Assembly: GCA_039621445.1 (NCBI GenBank)
Contig: CP154954.1
Location: forward strand, 8,310,634-8,374,633
Direction of reading: 5' to 3'
Length of the DNA stretch: 64,000 nt
Source of the DNA: Euglena gracilis
Lineage: Eukaryota
How positions within the stretch are numbered: the first letter of the stretch is position 1; every line of letters starts with the position of its first letter. The translations under genes and the position numbers were made by a program. This document shows, piece after piece, positions 1-10,984 of the stretch. Below the pieces are notes generated by a model that saw nothing but the letters and a program-made list of their open reading frames with translations, did not search any database and was not told where the DNA came from.

Positions 1-3000
1 GTGGTGCGTGGTGCGTATTTGGCTGAGGCGATCGCCGCCCCCCGCGGGCAAAGGATTTGGTTGCCGGGGGGTGTTGGGTTCCAGCGGGGAGGGAGGGGGG
101 GGGCAGAATGTTTGTTGTTGTGTGCTGCCGGTGAAAGAGCTCCACATTTATCCTGCCTGCTTTTTCCCCCCGCTTTGCGGTTTGTGTGACAAGAGTTACG
201 CCGGTTATGGGGTGGGAAAATGCATGCACCAAACCGATTTTTGAGCATGCCCCACGCAGCTTGCCAATGCACTTCAATCTGCAGCTCATTCTCGACGATG
301 ATGCCATGGCAATTCTGCCAACACCAGTGTTTGTTATTAATAGTTTGGCCACCGGTAGGGACAGAAGGAAAAGGTGGCGGGCCCGCTGGGGGAGATTTTG
401 GGTCGCAGAAGCCCAGATTCAGGGAAAGCCAGCCCCGAGGGTTGTCAGCGGGAGTGGCTGCGAGGACAAGCAGCAATTCATTTCTATTTTGGGGTGCAGT
501 AGAAGGGGGTTGGGGTGAGGATTCTCTGGGACAGCATACTCTCTCCAGAATGCGGTGTCCCGGCGGATGTGGTTGCGGCGCGCCGTTTGGACCCAAAAGC
601 AGTGGCTGGGCGTCGTGTCTGGTGCCCATCCATTTGTTGCAGGGGCCGAGATAGCAGCGTGCACACCGCGGAACCCTCCACTTCTCGGAAACCCCACAGA
701 ATGCGGTGTCCCGGCGGATGTGGTTGCAGCGAGCCGTTTGGACCCAAAAGCAGTGGCTGGGCGTCGTGTCTGGTGCCCATCCATTCGTTGCAGGGGCCGA
801 GATAGCAGCGTGCACACCGCGGAACCCTCTGCTTCTCGGAAACCCCACAGAATGCGGTGTCCCGGCGGATGTGGTTGCAGCGAGCCGTTTGGACCTAAAA
901 GCAGTGGCTGGGCGTCGTGTCTGGTGCCCATCCATTCGTTGCAGGGGCCGAGATAGCATCGTGCACACCGCGGAACCCTCCACTTCTCGGAAACCCCACA
1001 GAATGCGGTGTCCCGGCGGATGTGGTTGCAGCGAGCCGTTTGGACCTAAAAGCAGTGGCTGGGCGTCGTGTCTGGTGCCCATCCATTCGTTGCAGGGGCC
1101 TAGATAGCAGCGTGCACACCGCGGAACACTCCACTTCTCGGAAACCCCACAGGAAGTCAGGGTCGGCGTGGTGCGTGGTGCGTATTTGGCTGAGGCGATC
1201 GCCGCCACCCGCGGGCAAAGGATTTGGTTGCCGAGGGGTGTTGGGTTCCAGCGGGGAGGGAGGGGGGGGGCAGAATGTTTGTTGTTGTGTGCTGCCGGTG
1301 AAAGAGCTCCACATTTATCCTGCCTGCTTTTTCCCCCCGCTTTGCGGTTTGTGTGACAAGAGTTACGCCGGTTATGGGGTGGGAAAATGCATGCACCAAA
1401 CCGATTTTTGAGCATGCCCCACGCAGCTTGCCAATGCACTTCAATCTGCAGCTCATTCTCGACGATGATGCCATGGCAATTCTGCCAACACCAGTGTTTG
1501 TTATTAATAGTTTGGCCACCGGTAGGGACAGAAGGAAAAGGTGGCGGGCCCGCTGGGGGATATTTTGGGTCGGAGAAGCCCGGATTCAGGGAAAGCCAGC
1601 CCCGAGGGTTGTCAGCGGGAGTGGCTGCGAGGACAAGCAGCAATTCATTTCTATTTTGGGGTGCAGTAGAAGGGGGTTGGGGTGAGGATTCTCTGGGACA
1701 GCATACTCTCTCCAGAATGCGGTGTCCCGGCGGATGTGGTTGCGGCGCGCCGTTTGGACCCAAAAGCAGTGGCTGGGCGTCGTGTCTGGTGCCCATCCAT
1801 TTGTTGCAGGGGCCGAGATAGCAGCGTGCACACCGCGGAACCCTCCACTTCTCGGAAACCCCACAGAATGCGGTGTCCCGGCGGATGTGGTTGCAGCGAG
1901 CCGTTTGGACCCAAAAGCAGTGGCTGGGCGTCGTGTCTGGTGCCCATCCATTCGTTGCAGGGGCCGAGATAGCAGCGTGCACACCGCGGAACCCTCTGCT
2001 TCTCGGAAACCCCACAGAATGCGGTGTCCCGGCGGATGTGGTTGCAGCGAGCCGTTTGGACCTAAAAGCAGTGGCTGGGCGTCGTGTCTGGTGCCCATCC
2101 ATTCGTTGCAGGGGCCTAGATAGCAGCGTGCACACCGCGGAACCCTCCACTTCTCGGAAACCCCACAGGAAGTCAGGGTCGGCGTGGTGCGTGGTGCGTA
2201 TTTGGCTGAGGCGATCGCCGCCACCCGCGGGCAAAGGTTTTGGTTGCCGAGGGGTGTTGGGTTCCAGGGGGGAGGGAGGGAGGCAGAATGTTTGTTGTTG
2301 TGTGCTGCCGGTGAAAGAGCTCCACATTTATCTTGCCTGCTTTTTCCCCCCGCTTTGCGGTTTGTGTGACAAGAGTTACGCCGGTTATGGGGTGGGAAAA
2401 TGCATGCACCAAACCGATTTTTGAGCATGCCCCACGCAGCTTGCCAATGCACTTCAATCTGCAGCTCATTCTCGACGATGATGCAATTCTGCCAACACCA
2501 GTGTTTGTTATTAATAGTTTGGCCACCGGTAGGGACAGAAGGAAAAGGTGGCGGGCCCGCTGGGGGAGATTTTGGGTCGCAGAAGCCCAGATTCAGGGAA
2601 AGCCAGCCCCGAGGGTTGTCAGCGGGAGTGGCTGCGAGGACAAGCAGCAATTCACTTCTATTTTGGGGTGCAGTAGAAGGGGGTTGGGGTGAGGATTCTC
2701 TGGGACAGCATACTCTCTCCAGAATGCGGTGTCCCGGCGGATGTGGTTGCGGCGCGCCGTTTGGACCCAAAAGCAGTGGCTGGGCGTCGTGTCTGGTGCC
2801 CATCCATTTGTTGCAGGGGCCGAGATAGCAGCGTGCACACCGCGGAACCCTCCACTTCTCGGAAACCCCACAGAATGCGGTGTCCCGGTGGATGTGGTTG
2901 CAGCGAGCCGTTTGGACCTAAAAGCAGTGGCTGGGCGTCGTGTCTGGTGCCCATCCATTCGTTGCAGGGGCCGAGATAGCAGCGTGCACACCGCGGAACC

Positions 3001-6000
3001 CTCCGCTTCTCGGAAACCCCACAGAATGCGGTGTCCCGGCGGATGTGGTTGCGGCGAGCCGTTTGGACCCAAAAGCAGTGGCTGGGCGTCGTGTCTGGTG
3101 CCCATCCATTCGTTGCAGGGGCCGAGATAGCAGCGTGCACACCGCGGAACCCTCCACTTCTCGGAAACCCCACAGAATGCGGTGTCCCGGCGGATGTGGT
3201 TGCAGCGAGCCGTTTGGACCCAAAAGCAGTGGCTGGGCGTCGTGTCTGGTGCCCATCCATTCGTTGCAGGGGCCTAGATAGCAGCGTGCACACCGCGGAA
3301 CCCTCCACTTCTCGGAAACCACAGAATGCGGTGTCCCGGCGGATGTGGTTGCAGCGAGCCGTTTGGACCTAAAAGCAGTGGCTGGGCGTCGTGTCTGGTG
3401 CCCATCCATTCGTTGCAGGGGCCTAGATAGCAGCGTGCACAGCGCGGACCCTCTGCTTCTCGGAAAACCCACAGCATGCGGTGTCCCGGCGGATGTGGTT
3501 GCGGCGAGCCGTTTGGACCCAAAAGCAATGGCTGGGCGTCGTGTCTGGTGCCCATCCATTCGTTGCAGGGGCCTAGATAGCAGCGTGCACACCGCGGAAC
3601 CCTCCACTTCTCGGAAACCCCACAGAATGCGGTGTCCCGGCGGATGTGGTTGCGGCGAGCCGTTTGGACCCAAAAGCAATGGCTGGGCGTCGTGTCTGGT
3701 GCCCATCCATTCGTTGCAGGGGCCTAGATAGCAGCGTGCACACCGCGGAACCCTCCACTTCTCGGAAACCCCACAGAATGCGGTGTCCCGGCGGATGTGG
3801 TTGCGGCGAGCCGTTTGGACCCAAAAGCAGTGGCTGGGCGTCGTGTCTGGTGCCCATCCATTCGTTGCAGGGGCCTAGATAGCAGCGTGCACACCGCGGA
3901 ACCCTCCACTTCTCGGAAAACCCACAGCATGCGGTGTCCCGGCGGATGTGGTTGCGGCGAGCCGTTTGGACCCAAAAGCAGTGGCTGGGCGTCGTGTCTG
4001 GTGCCCATCCATTCGTTGCAGGGGCCTAGATAGCAGCGTGCACACCGCGGAACCCTCCACTTCTCGGAAACCCCACAGCATGCGGTGTCCCGGCGGATGT
4101 GGTTGCGGCGAGCCGTTTGGACCTAAAAGCAGTGGCTGGGCGTCGTGTCTGGTGCCCATCCATTCGTTGCAGGGGCCTAGATAGCAGCGTGCACACCGCG
4201 GAACCCTCCACTTCTCGGAAACCACAGAATGCGGTGTCCCGGCGGATGTGGTTGCAGCGAGCCGTTTGGACCTAAAAGCAGTGGCTGGGCGTCGTGTCTG
4301 GTGCCCATCCATTCGTTGCAGGGGCCTAGATAGCAGCGTGCACACCGCGGAACCCTCCACTTCTCGGAAACCACAGAATGCGGTGTCCCGGCGGATGTGG
4401 TTGCAGCGAGCCGTTTGGACCTAAAAGCAGTGGCTGGGCGTCGTGTCTGGTGCCCATCCATTCGTTGCAGGGGCCTAGATAGCAGCGTGCACAGCGCGGA
4501 CCCTCTGCTTCTCGGAAAACCCACAGCATGCGGTGTCCCGGCGGATGTGGTTGCGGCGAGCCGTTTGGACCCAAAAGCAGTGGCTGGGCGTCGTGTCTGG
4601 TGCCCATCCATTCGTTGCAGGGGCCAAGATAGCAGCGTGCACACCGCGGAACCCTCCACTGCTCGGAAATCCCACAGCATGCGGTGTCCCGGCGGATGTG
4701 GTTGCAGCGAGCCGTTTGGACCCAAAAGCAGTGGCTGGGCGTCGTGTCTGGTGCCCATCCATTCGTTGTAGGGGCCAAGATAGCAGCGTGCACACCGCGG
4801 AACCCTCCGCTTCTCGGAAACCCCACAGAATGCGGTGTCCCGGCAGATGTGGTTGCAGCGAGCCGTTTGGACCCAAAAGCAGTGGCTGGGCGTCGTGTCT
4901 GGTGCCCATCCATTCGTTGCAGGGGCCAAGATAGCAGCGTGCACACCGCGGAACCCTCCACTGCTCGGAAACCCCACAGAATGCGGTGTCCCGGCGGATG
5001 TGGTTGCGGCGAGCCGTTTGGACCCAAAAGCAGTGGCTGGGCGTCGTGTCTGGTGCCCATCCATTCGTTGCAGGGGCCGAGATAGCAGCGTGCACACCGC
5101 GGAACCCTCCACTGCTCGGAAACCCCACAGAATGCGGTGTCCCGGCGGATGTGGTTGCGGCAAGCCGTTTGGACCCAAAAGCAGTGGCTGGGCGTCGTGT
5201 CTGGTGCCCATCCATTCGTTGCAGGGGCCGAGATAGCAGCGTGCACACCGCGGAACCCTCCACTGCTCGGAAACCCCACAGAATGCGGTGTCCCGGCGGA
5301 TGTGGTTGCGGCGAGCCGTTTGGACCCAAAAGCAGTGGCTGGGCGTCGTGTCTGGCGCCCATCCATTCGTTGCAGGGGCCGAGACAGCAGCGTGCACAGC
5401 GCGGAACCCTCCACTTCTCGGAAACCCCACAGGAAGGCGTGGTGCGTGGTGCGTATTTGGCTGAGGCGATCGCCGCCACCCGCGGGCAAAGGATTTGGTT
5501 GCCGAGGGGTGTTGGGTTCCAGGGGGGAGGGAGGGAGGCAGAATGTTTGTTGTTGTGTGCTGCCAGTGGAAGAGTCCCACACCTATCGTGCTTGCTTTTC
5601 CCCCCGCTTTGCAGTTTGTGCGACAAGAGTTACGCCGGTTATGGGGTGGGAAAATGCATGCACCAAACCGATTTTTGAGCACGCCCCAACCAGCTTGCCA
5701 ATGCGGGTCTTTGACGATGTGGTTGCACGAGCGTTTGGAACCTAAAAGCAGTGGCGGGGCGGCGTGTCTGGTGCCCATCCATTCGTTGTAGGGGCCGAGT
5801 AGCAGGGCGTGGGCACAGCCGCGGAACCCGCCACTTCTCGGAAACCCCACAGAAGTCGGGTCGGCGTGGTGCGTTGGTGCGTCTGTGGCGAGCGATCGCC
5901 GCACCCCGCGGTCAAAGGGTTTGGGGTGGCAGTGGGGGGTTGGGTTCCATGGGGACGGGGGGGCAGAAATTTTGTTGTTGTGTGCTGGCATGGAGAGTCC

Positions 6001-6228
6001 CACACCTATCGTGTTTGCTTTCCCCCCCCCGCTTTTGCGTTTGTGCGACAAGGTTCGCCGGTTATGGGTGGGAAAGGCACGCCCAAACCGATTTTGAGCA
6101 TGTCCCCACGCAGCTTGCCAATGCCTTCAATCTGCAACTCATTCATCGACGATGATGCCATGGCATTCTGCCAACAAACAATGTTTGTTATTACAGTTTG
6201 GCCACCGGAGGGACAAGGGAAAGGTGCG
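1..6228. repeat. Higher-order tandem satellite: 151-bp monomer in blocks of 4, 3 and 18, separated by a ~555-565-bp spacer; degenerate at the right end
   Basis: Monomer GAATGCGGTGTCCCGGCGG...GAAACCCCACA starts near 548, 699, 850, 1001; 1715, 1866, 2017; then ~2722-5431. Spacer copies at 1-547, 1152-1714, 2168-2721, with partial or degraded copies at 5432-6228. Confidence 0.95.
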
Positions 6229-6716
6229 GCTAGCGTGGTTGTGCGCTGTCTGCAGGGAGTAAAATTGTATTCAGATGGATCCGTACGCAGATTTGTTCGG
6301 TGACTTGCAACTGTAGCGGGAGTGGTACAGCAACGTTGCCAAGGGTAATTCCTTTGGTTCATCTGCCCCTCATATGCTTATGTTCCGCATCCTCGAAACC
6401 ACATCAATTCGGTGCACAGCTCGAATTTAAGGGCAGTCAAACAACAGGCAGGCCATACGCGATGAGTCCTTCAACATCAATGCACGTGTCATCCCTGGGA
6501 TGAGCATGGGAAGGAACTCCTTACAGAAATAGAGACACAGCCCTTCCAAGGTCAAACCAATTTGTGTTTGATTGAGTGTCAAGCCTGAAGGATGCGCACC
6601 TGTGCATTTTTGGAAGCCTCCAAAAATGCGCAGGTGCGCATTATTGGAATGGACACAGGCTATGGGAAGGGGAAATGCGCATCGGTGAACACCAGGTGGG
6701 ACACCCAGGTCCTGGG

Positions 6717-7968
6717 CAGGCACCTATGCCAACCGCAGCCGACCGCAGCCGACCGCAGCCGACCGCAGCCGACCGCAGCCGACCGCGGGTTTCAGGACTG
6801 TCATAGGTGGGGTGCCGACCGCAACCGACCGCAGCCGACCGCAGCCGACCGCAGCCGACCGCGCAACTTTTTTTCTAATTGATGTCAATTTTTTAGTGAG
6901 AATGAGGAATTAGGCTCATTTTTATCCCAGATGTTGAGATTTTTCTGGCTCATCTGGCTCATGTTGTCACTTTTGGCCACTTTTGGCCATTTTTGGTCGC
7001 TTTTGTCCCCTTTTGGCCCATTTGTCACCATAATTCACCCATTTTGACCTATTTTGACATTTTTTTTTGGCCACTTTTTCCCCACTTCTTGTAATTTTGG
7101 GCCATTTTGTCCTGCTCTTGGGCCATTTTGTGCCATTTGGGCCATTTTTGACCATTTAAAGCCATTTTCGACCTTTTCTTTTGTTATTTTTGCCATTTTT
7201 TGGTCTCTTTTTGGTCCAATTTGACCATTTTGAGCATTTTGCGCCAGTTTGTTGCCAAAAGTGAACAAAAGCTGCTAAAATGACCCAAATTGGCCAAAAG
7301 CAGGGTCATTTTGGGCCATTTTTGGCTTTTTTGGACCACTTTGGGCATTTTTTTGTTATTTTTGCCTGCTTTTGGAACTTTTGGCCATTTTAACCATTTT
7401 TTGCCACTTTTAGGCCATTTTTAGGTCACGTTTGACTGCTCTTCATGTCAAAAGCAACAAAAAGACGTTTAAGGTGGCCTGAAAGTGGCCAGAAGTGGGT
7501 AAAAATGGCCAACAGCAGAGAAAAGTGGTCAAAAGTGGGTCAAAGAGGGCAAAAGTGGTCAAAAGAGGTCAAAGCAAAGCAAAAGCTGGCCAAAAGCAGC
7601 CAAATCCCAGCAAAAAGTGGGCAAAAGCAACAAAAGTGACCAAAAGAAAGCAAAAGGCAGGAAAAAATGGGCAAAGGCAGCAAAAATCGACCAAAAGTTG
7701 GCAACAGTGGCCAAAAGCAGTCCAAAAGCATCAAAAACTGGCCAAAAGCAGCGAAAAGTGGCCAAAAGTCGGCAACAGTGGATTGTGTGATTGTGATATA
7801 TGCTCATTTTTTGTTGGCCTGCCCCCCACCTACGGCCAACTATTTTGCTGACCGCTGCCGACCGCAGCCGACCGCTGCCGACCGCAGCCGACCGCAGCCG
7901 ACCGCAGCCGACCGCGGCCGACCGCAGCCGACCGCGGGCTAAAATTTGGAATCTGTCATAGGTGCTTG
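6717..7968. mobile_element. Non-autonomous hAT-like (foldback) DNA transposon
   Basis: TIRs CAGGCACCTATG / CATAGGTGCTTG; perfect 8-bp TSD GTCCTGGG (6709-6716, 7969-7976); subterminal GACCGCAGCC 10-mer arrays; internal TTTTGGCC-rich half mirrored by a GGCCAAAA-rich half. Confidence 0.85.
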
Positions 7969-8467
7969 GTCCTGGGCTTCCGTAATGCGCAGATGCGCAT
8001 TTTCATTCAAACTGCCTGATTTTTGTGGCTCAACAAGAAAGGTGCATTCCTTGGCCGTCTAAGTCTTTATTTTTATTTATTTATTTATTTGTTTATTTAT
8101 TTTTGGCGTGTTGTTTTCTGGCCACTGGTGCACACGGGATTTCTTAAGCCGGAGGGGAGCAAGCTGCCCAGCTCACGTATCCCTGCATTTTTTTTTTCCT
8201 CATCACAGCTTCCTCGACCTCAATGTTCAGCCTTGATCTAGGTCCATCCATCAAAATGTCGAGAAGGCAAAATGTTTTAGAAAATTTTGTTTTTTTCATC
8301 GACCCAGCCCTGCACAACCCCCTCCAGCCCCAGACCCCCCCCTCCCCCCCATCCCCCCGGGGGGGGTCCAGCCAGCTGCTCGTTTCCAGCCAGCAGCCTT
8401 TTTTCCAGCCAGAGGCTATCCCCCCCCCCCCGAGTCGCAACATTCTGCTCCCCTTGACCCCCCCCAG

Positions 8468-8590
8468 GGCGGCGCCGGGCGGGTGATGGTCATCGGCAGC
8501 TGCCACATGTTCGAGGACGCGTGGCTGGACAAGGAGGAGAACGCCAAGCTGCAGGAGGTGCTCTTCGACTGGCTGATGCGCTCCCCAAAG
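8468..8590 (+). CDS. IFT52: IFT52 internal exon (first visible exon; 5' exons not in window)
   Basis: cag| GGAGRVMVIGSCHMFEDAWLDKEENAKLQEVLFDWLMRSPK |gtgtgt; matches the IFT52 motif GSxHMFxDxxLDKEEN. Confidence 0.9.
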
Positions 8591-9719
8591 GTGTGTGCAG
8601 GGTGGACCCCCAGGGCAGGGCAGAACGGGAATCGGCCGAACCGCCAGGGTGGTGGGTGGGGGGGGGGTCGACCACCCCCCCCCCCCACCTCTTCCTGTAT
8701 TTCCGGGAGAACCAATTTTTGGACCCGAAAAAATTTTTCGCCTTCGGCGCCGGGTGTTTTTTTGACCCATGTTGGGACCCATACCGGGGCCCCCCCCCCC
8801 CCGAAAACCACCCAAAACCCCATTTTTTCACACCTTTCAAAAATTCGACATTTTCTCAAAATGTTGATTTTGAGAGGTTTTTGAAGCAAAAAAATGCCAT
8901 TGAAAGTCCAAAAAAGTTCAACAAGAAAAAATGTCAGTAAAATTTGATTTGATTGTGCCAAAATGTTGTCCACTTTTTTTGAGCTTCGATTTTTTCACCC
9001 CCCCTCCTGAAAAGTACCAGTTTTCAGGACGGAAAATTTTGAGATTTTTTGTGACAAGCCAATTGTGAGGGACAAAAATTTTATGCGCGGTGTTTGCCCT
9101 GGGCCTGAAATCGGTCACCCGCACTGGCCATTGTTCCCGGGGCCCGACCCCACCTGATTTTATATTGAACCCTGATCCCCCCCAGGTCTCTCCAAACAGC
9201 CGTGCCCACACATCGATTCCGACCGCCTGCAATTTTTTCCGTGTTGGGGGGGGGGAAGGTCAACAGTTGGTTGTGTAATGCTCAAATGCTAAGAGATGCA
9301 CAAGTTTTTGTAAATTGCTGATTGTTAGACTTTTTTCACTGCCTGGATACTTCTGGGTACGGTTCTCTCCCCAACTCTGGCATGGCCTCAGCTGGCGAGG
9401 AGGAGGGTACCATGAGGACAATATGGGGGGGGGTCGACCAGCATCTTTTTCCCAGCTAGCCAAGTCTTCCAGCCGGAATCCTTGGGGAAGCCAATAAGCA
9501 ACTCTGTGGTGCAGAACGGTTGAATTGCCAAAGGAGCTGAAATGTTCACATCCCTTTTCAAGAGTTTCATCGGATCATGGAGGTTTTTTTTTGATGTTGA
9601 AATCCCGGCCAAACTCTCAGTCTGGGCATTTTGCCAAGGCACTCCACTCCGGCGCCGAAAAATGCCCAGAAGAGGCCTTCTTTGGGCCTGTTTCGGGCCT
9701 GTTTCGGGCACGCCAGGCC

Positions 9720-10171
9720 CAGGGTTCGATATAAGGAGGGCGTGCGTGGTTTAGGTGGGGGGGTGTCCCCCCCCCCACCTCCTGGCCCACACAGGGGGAT
9801 CCGGACCGACCCCGGGGGGGGGGATACCCGGGACCCCCAAAAGGTTAATTTTTTCCCCCGGCGCTTTGCGCCGGAGTTTTGGTATTTTTTGTTGCAACAG
9901 CCAAATGTTTTCTTTCGGCTCCCTGCACTGCCAGTTTATTTGCTTGTTCTTTTGCAGCTGATGTCTCGCCAGCTTCCTTTGTTTATGTGCTGCTTGCGCC
10001 TTGATTTCGCTGGATGTCAAACTTTTGGCCTGGCGCTTTGCGCCGGGCCAAAAATCGGTCACCCGGACCGCGCCACTGTTTAGGTGGGGGGGTCCCCCCC
10101 CACCCCTCCCTCCTGGCCCGCAGGGGGGGGGGGTCCAGACCACCCCCCACCTGTCCTTATATCGAACCCTG
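9720..10171. mobile_element. hAT-like MITE in IFT52 intron
   Basis: TIR CAGGGTTCGATATAAGG / CCTTATATCGAACCCTG; 8-bp TSD gccaggcc / accaggcc (7 of 8). Related termini near 9160-9174, 10700-10715 and 18880-19116. Confidence 0.8.
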
Positions 10172-10783
10172 ACCAGGCCCCAGGGATCGATGTTCTGAAG
10201 GTGTGCTGGGAAGAGGAGGGAGGTGTCCCCCATCCCTCCTGGATGGGGGGGGCAGACCACCCCCATGGCCAAATGGGGTCCAAACCGTTTCCTGGGGGTA
10301 CCCGGGACCCCCCAAAAGGTAATAATTTTCTTTCAGGTGCTTCACTTTGCACCAATTTTTTTTAAAAAAATTAACAAATTTTGCCCAAAAAGTGCACTTT
10401 GGGTCGATTTTTGGTCTTGCGCTTTGCGCTGTGACGAAAATTGGTCACCTACACCGTGCTCCTGTTTAGAGTTTAGGGGGCATCCCGGAAAAGGTCATTT
10501 TCAATGAAAATTTTCTTGGTACCCCCGGACTCCACCGGGGGGTGTGCCTGCTGGGGACAGGCACCCTATAGCGGTTCCCGGATCTGGCCTGGGGGGGGGT
10601 AGTGGGCCTACCCTGGGGTCGGCCCAATACGACCCTAGGGTCGCTAAGGTCCCCCCCCCTTTCTGGACAGGAGGAGGGATCTGACCCCCCCACCAGCCTT
10701 TATGTCGAATCCTGGCTGGCCCTCTGAGACCCCTCCCCTCTGGGGTCGGTCAAGGTTCAGCCCGGTCGGGCGTGCTCTCGCAG

Positions 10784-10984
10784 GTCAAGCTGAACCAGAT
10801 CGACGCGGAGGACCCCGAGATCAACGACTACCACTACCTCCCCGACACCCACGCGCTGGCGGAGCGACTGCGGGTCTGCGTGGAGGAGCGGGAGGAGCTG
10901 CCCCGCGACTTCACCGCGATGTTCGACCTGACGATGTTCAAGTTCGACACCAACCTCATCCCGGAGGCGGTGGAGCTGTACAAG
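10784..10984 (+). CDS. IFT52: IFT52 exon
   Basis: cag| VKLNQIDAEDPEINDYHYLPDT...LPRDFTAMFD...EAVELYK |gtgtgg; 201 nt, phase 0/0. Confidence 0.92.

Noticed and set aside
1-6300. Many long ORFs (up to 624 aa) in the tandem array
   Set aside because: They arise from a GC-rich 151-bp unit cycling through frames; there is no domain or codon constraint, and indels are frame-indifferent.
6257-6303. Possible small exon after tgtctgcag (GVKLYSDGSVRRFVR*)
   Set aside because: Not IFT52-like and no other support; may be chance.
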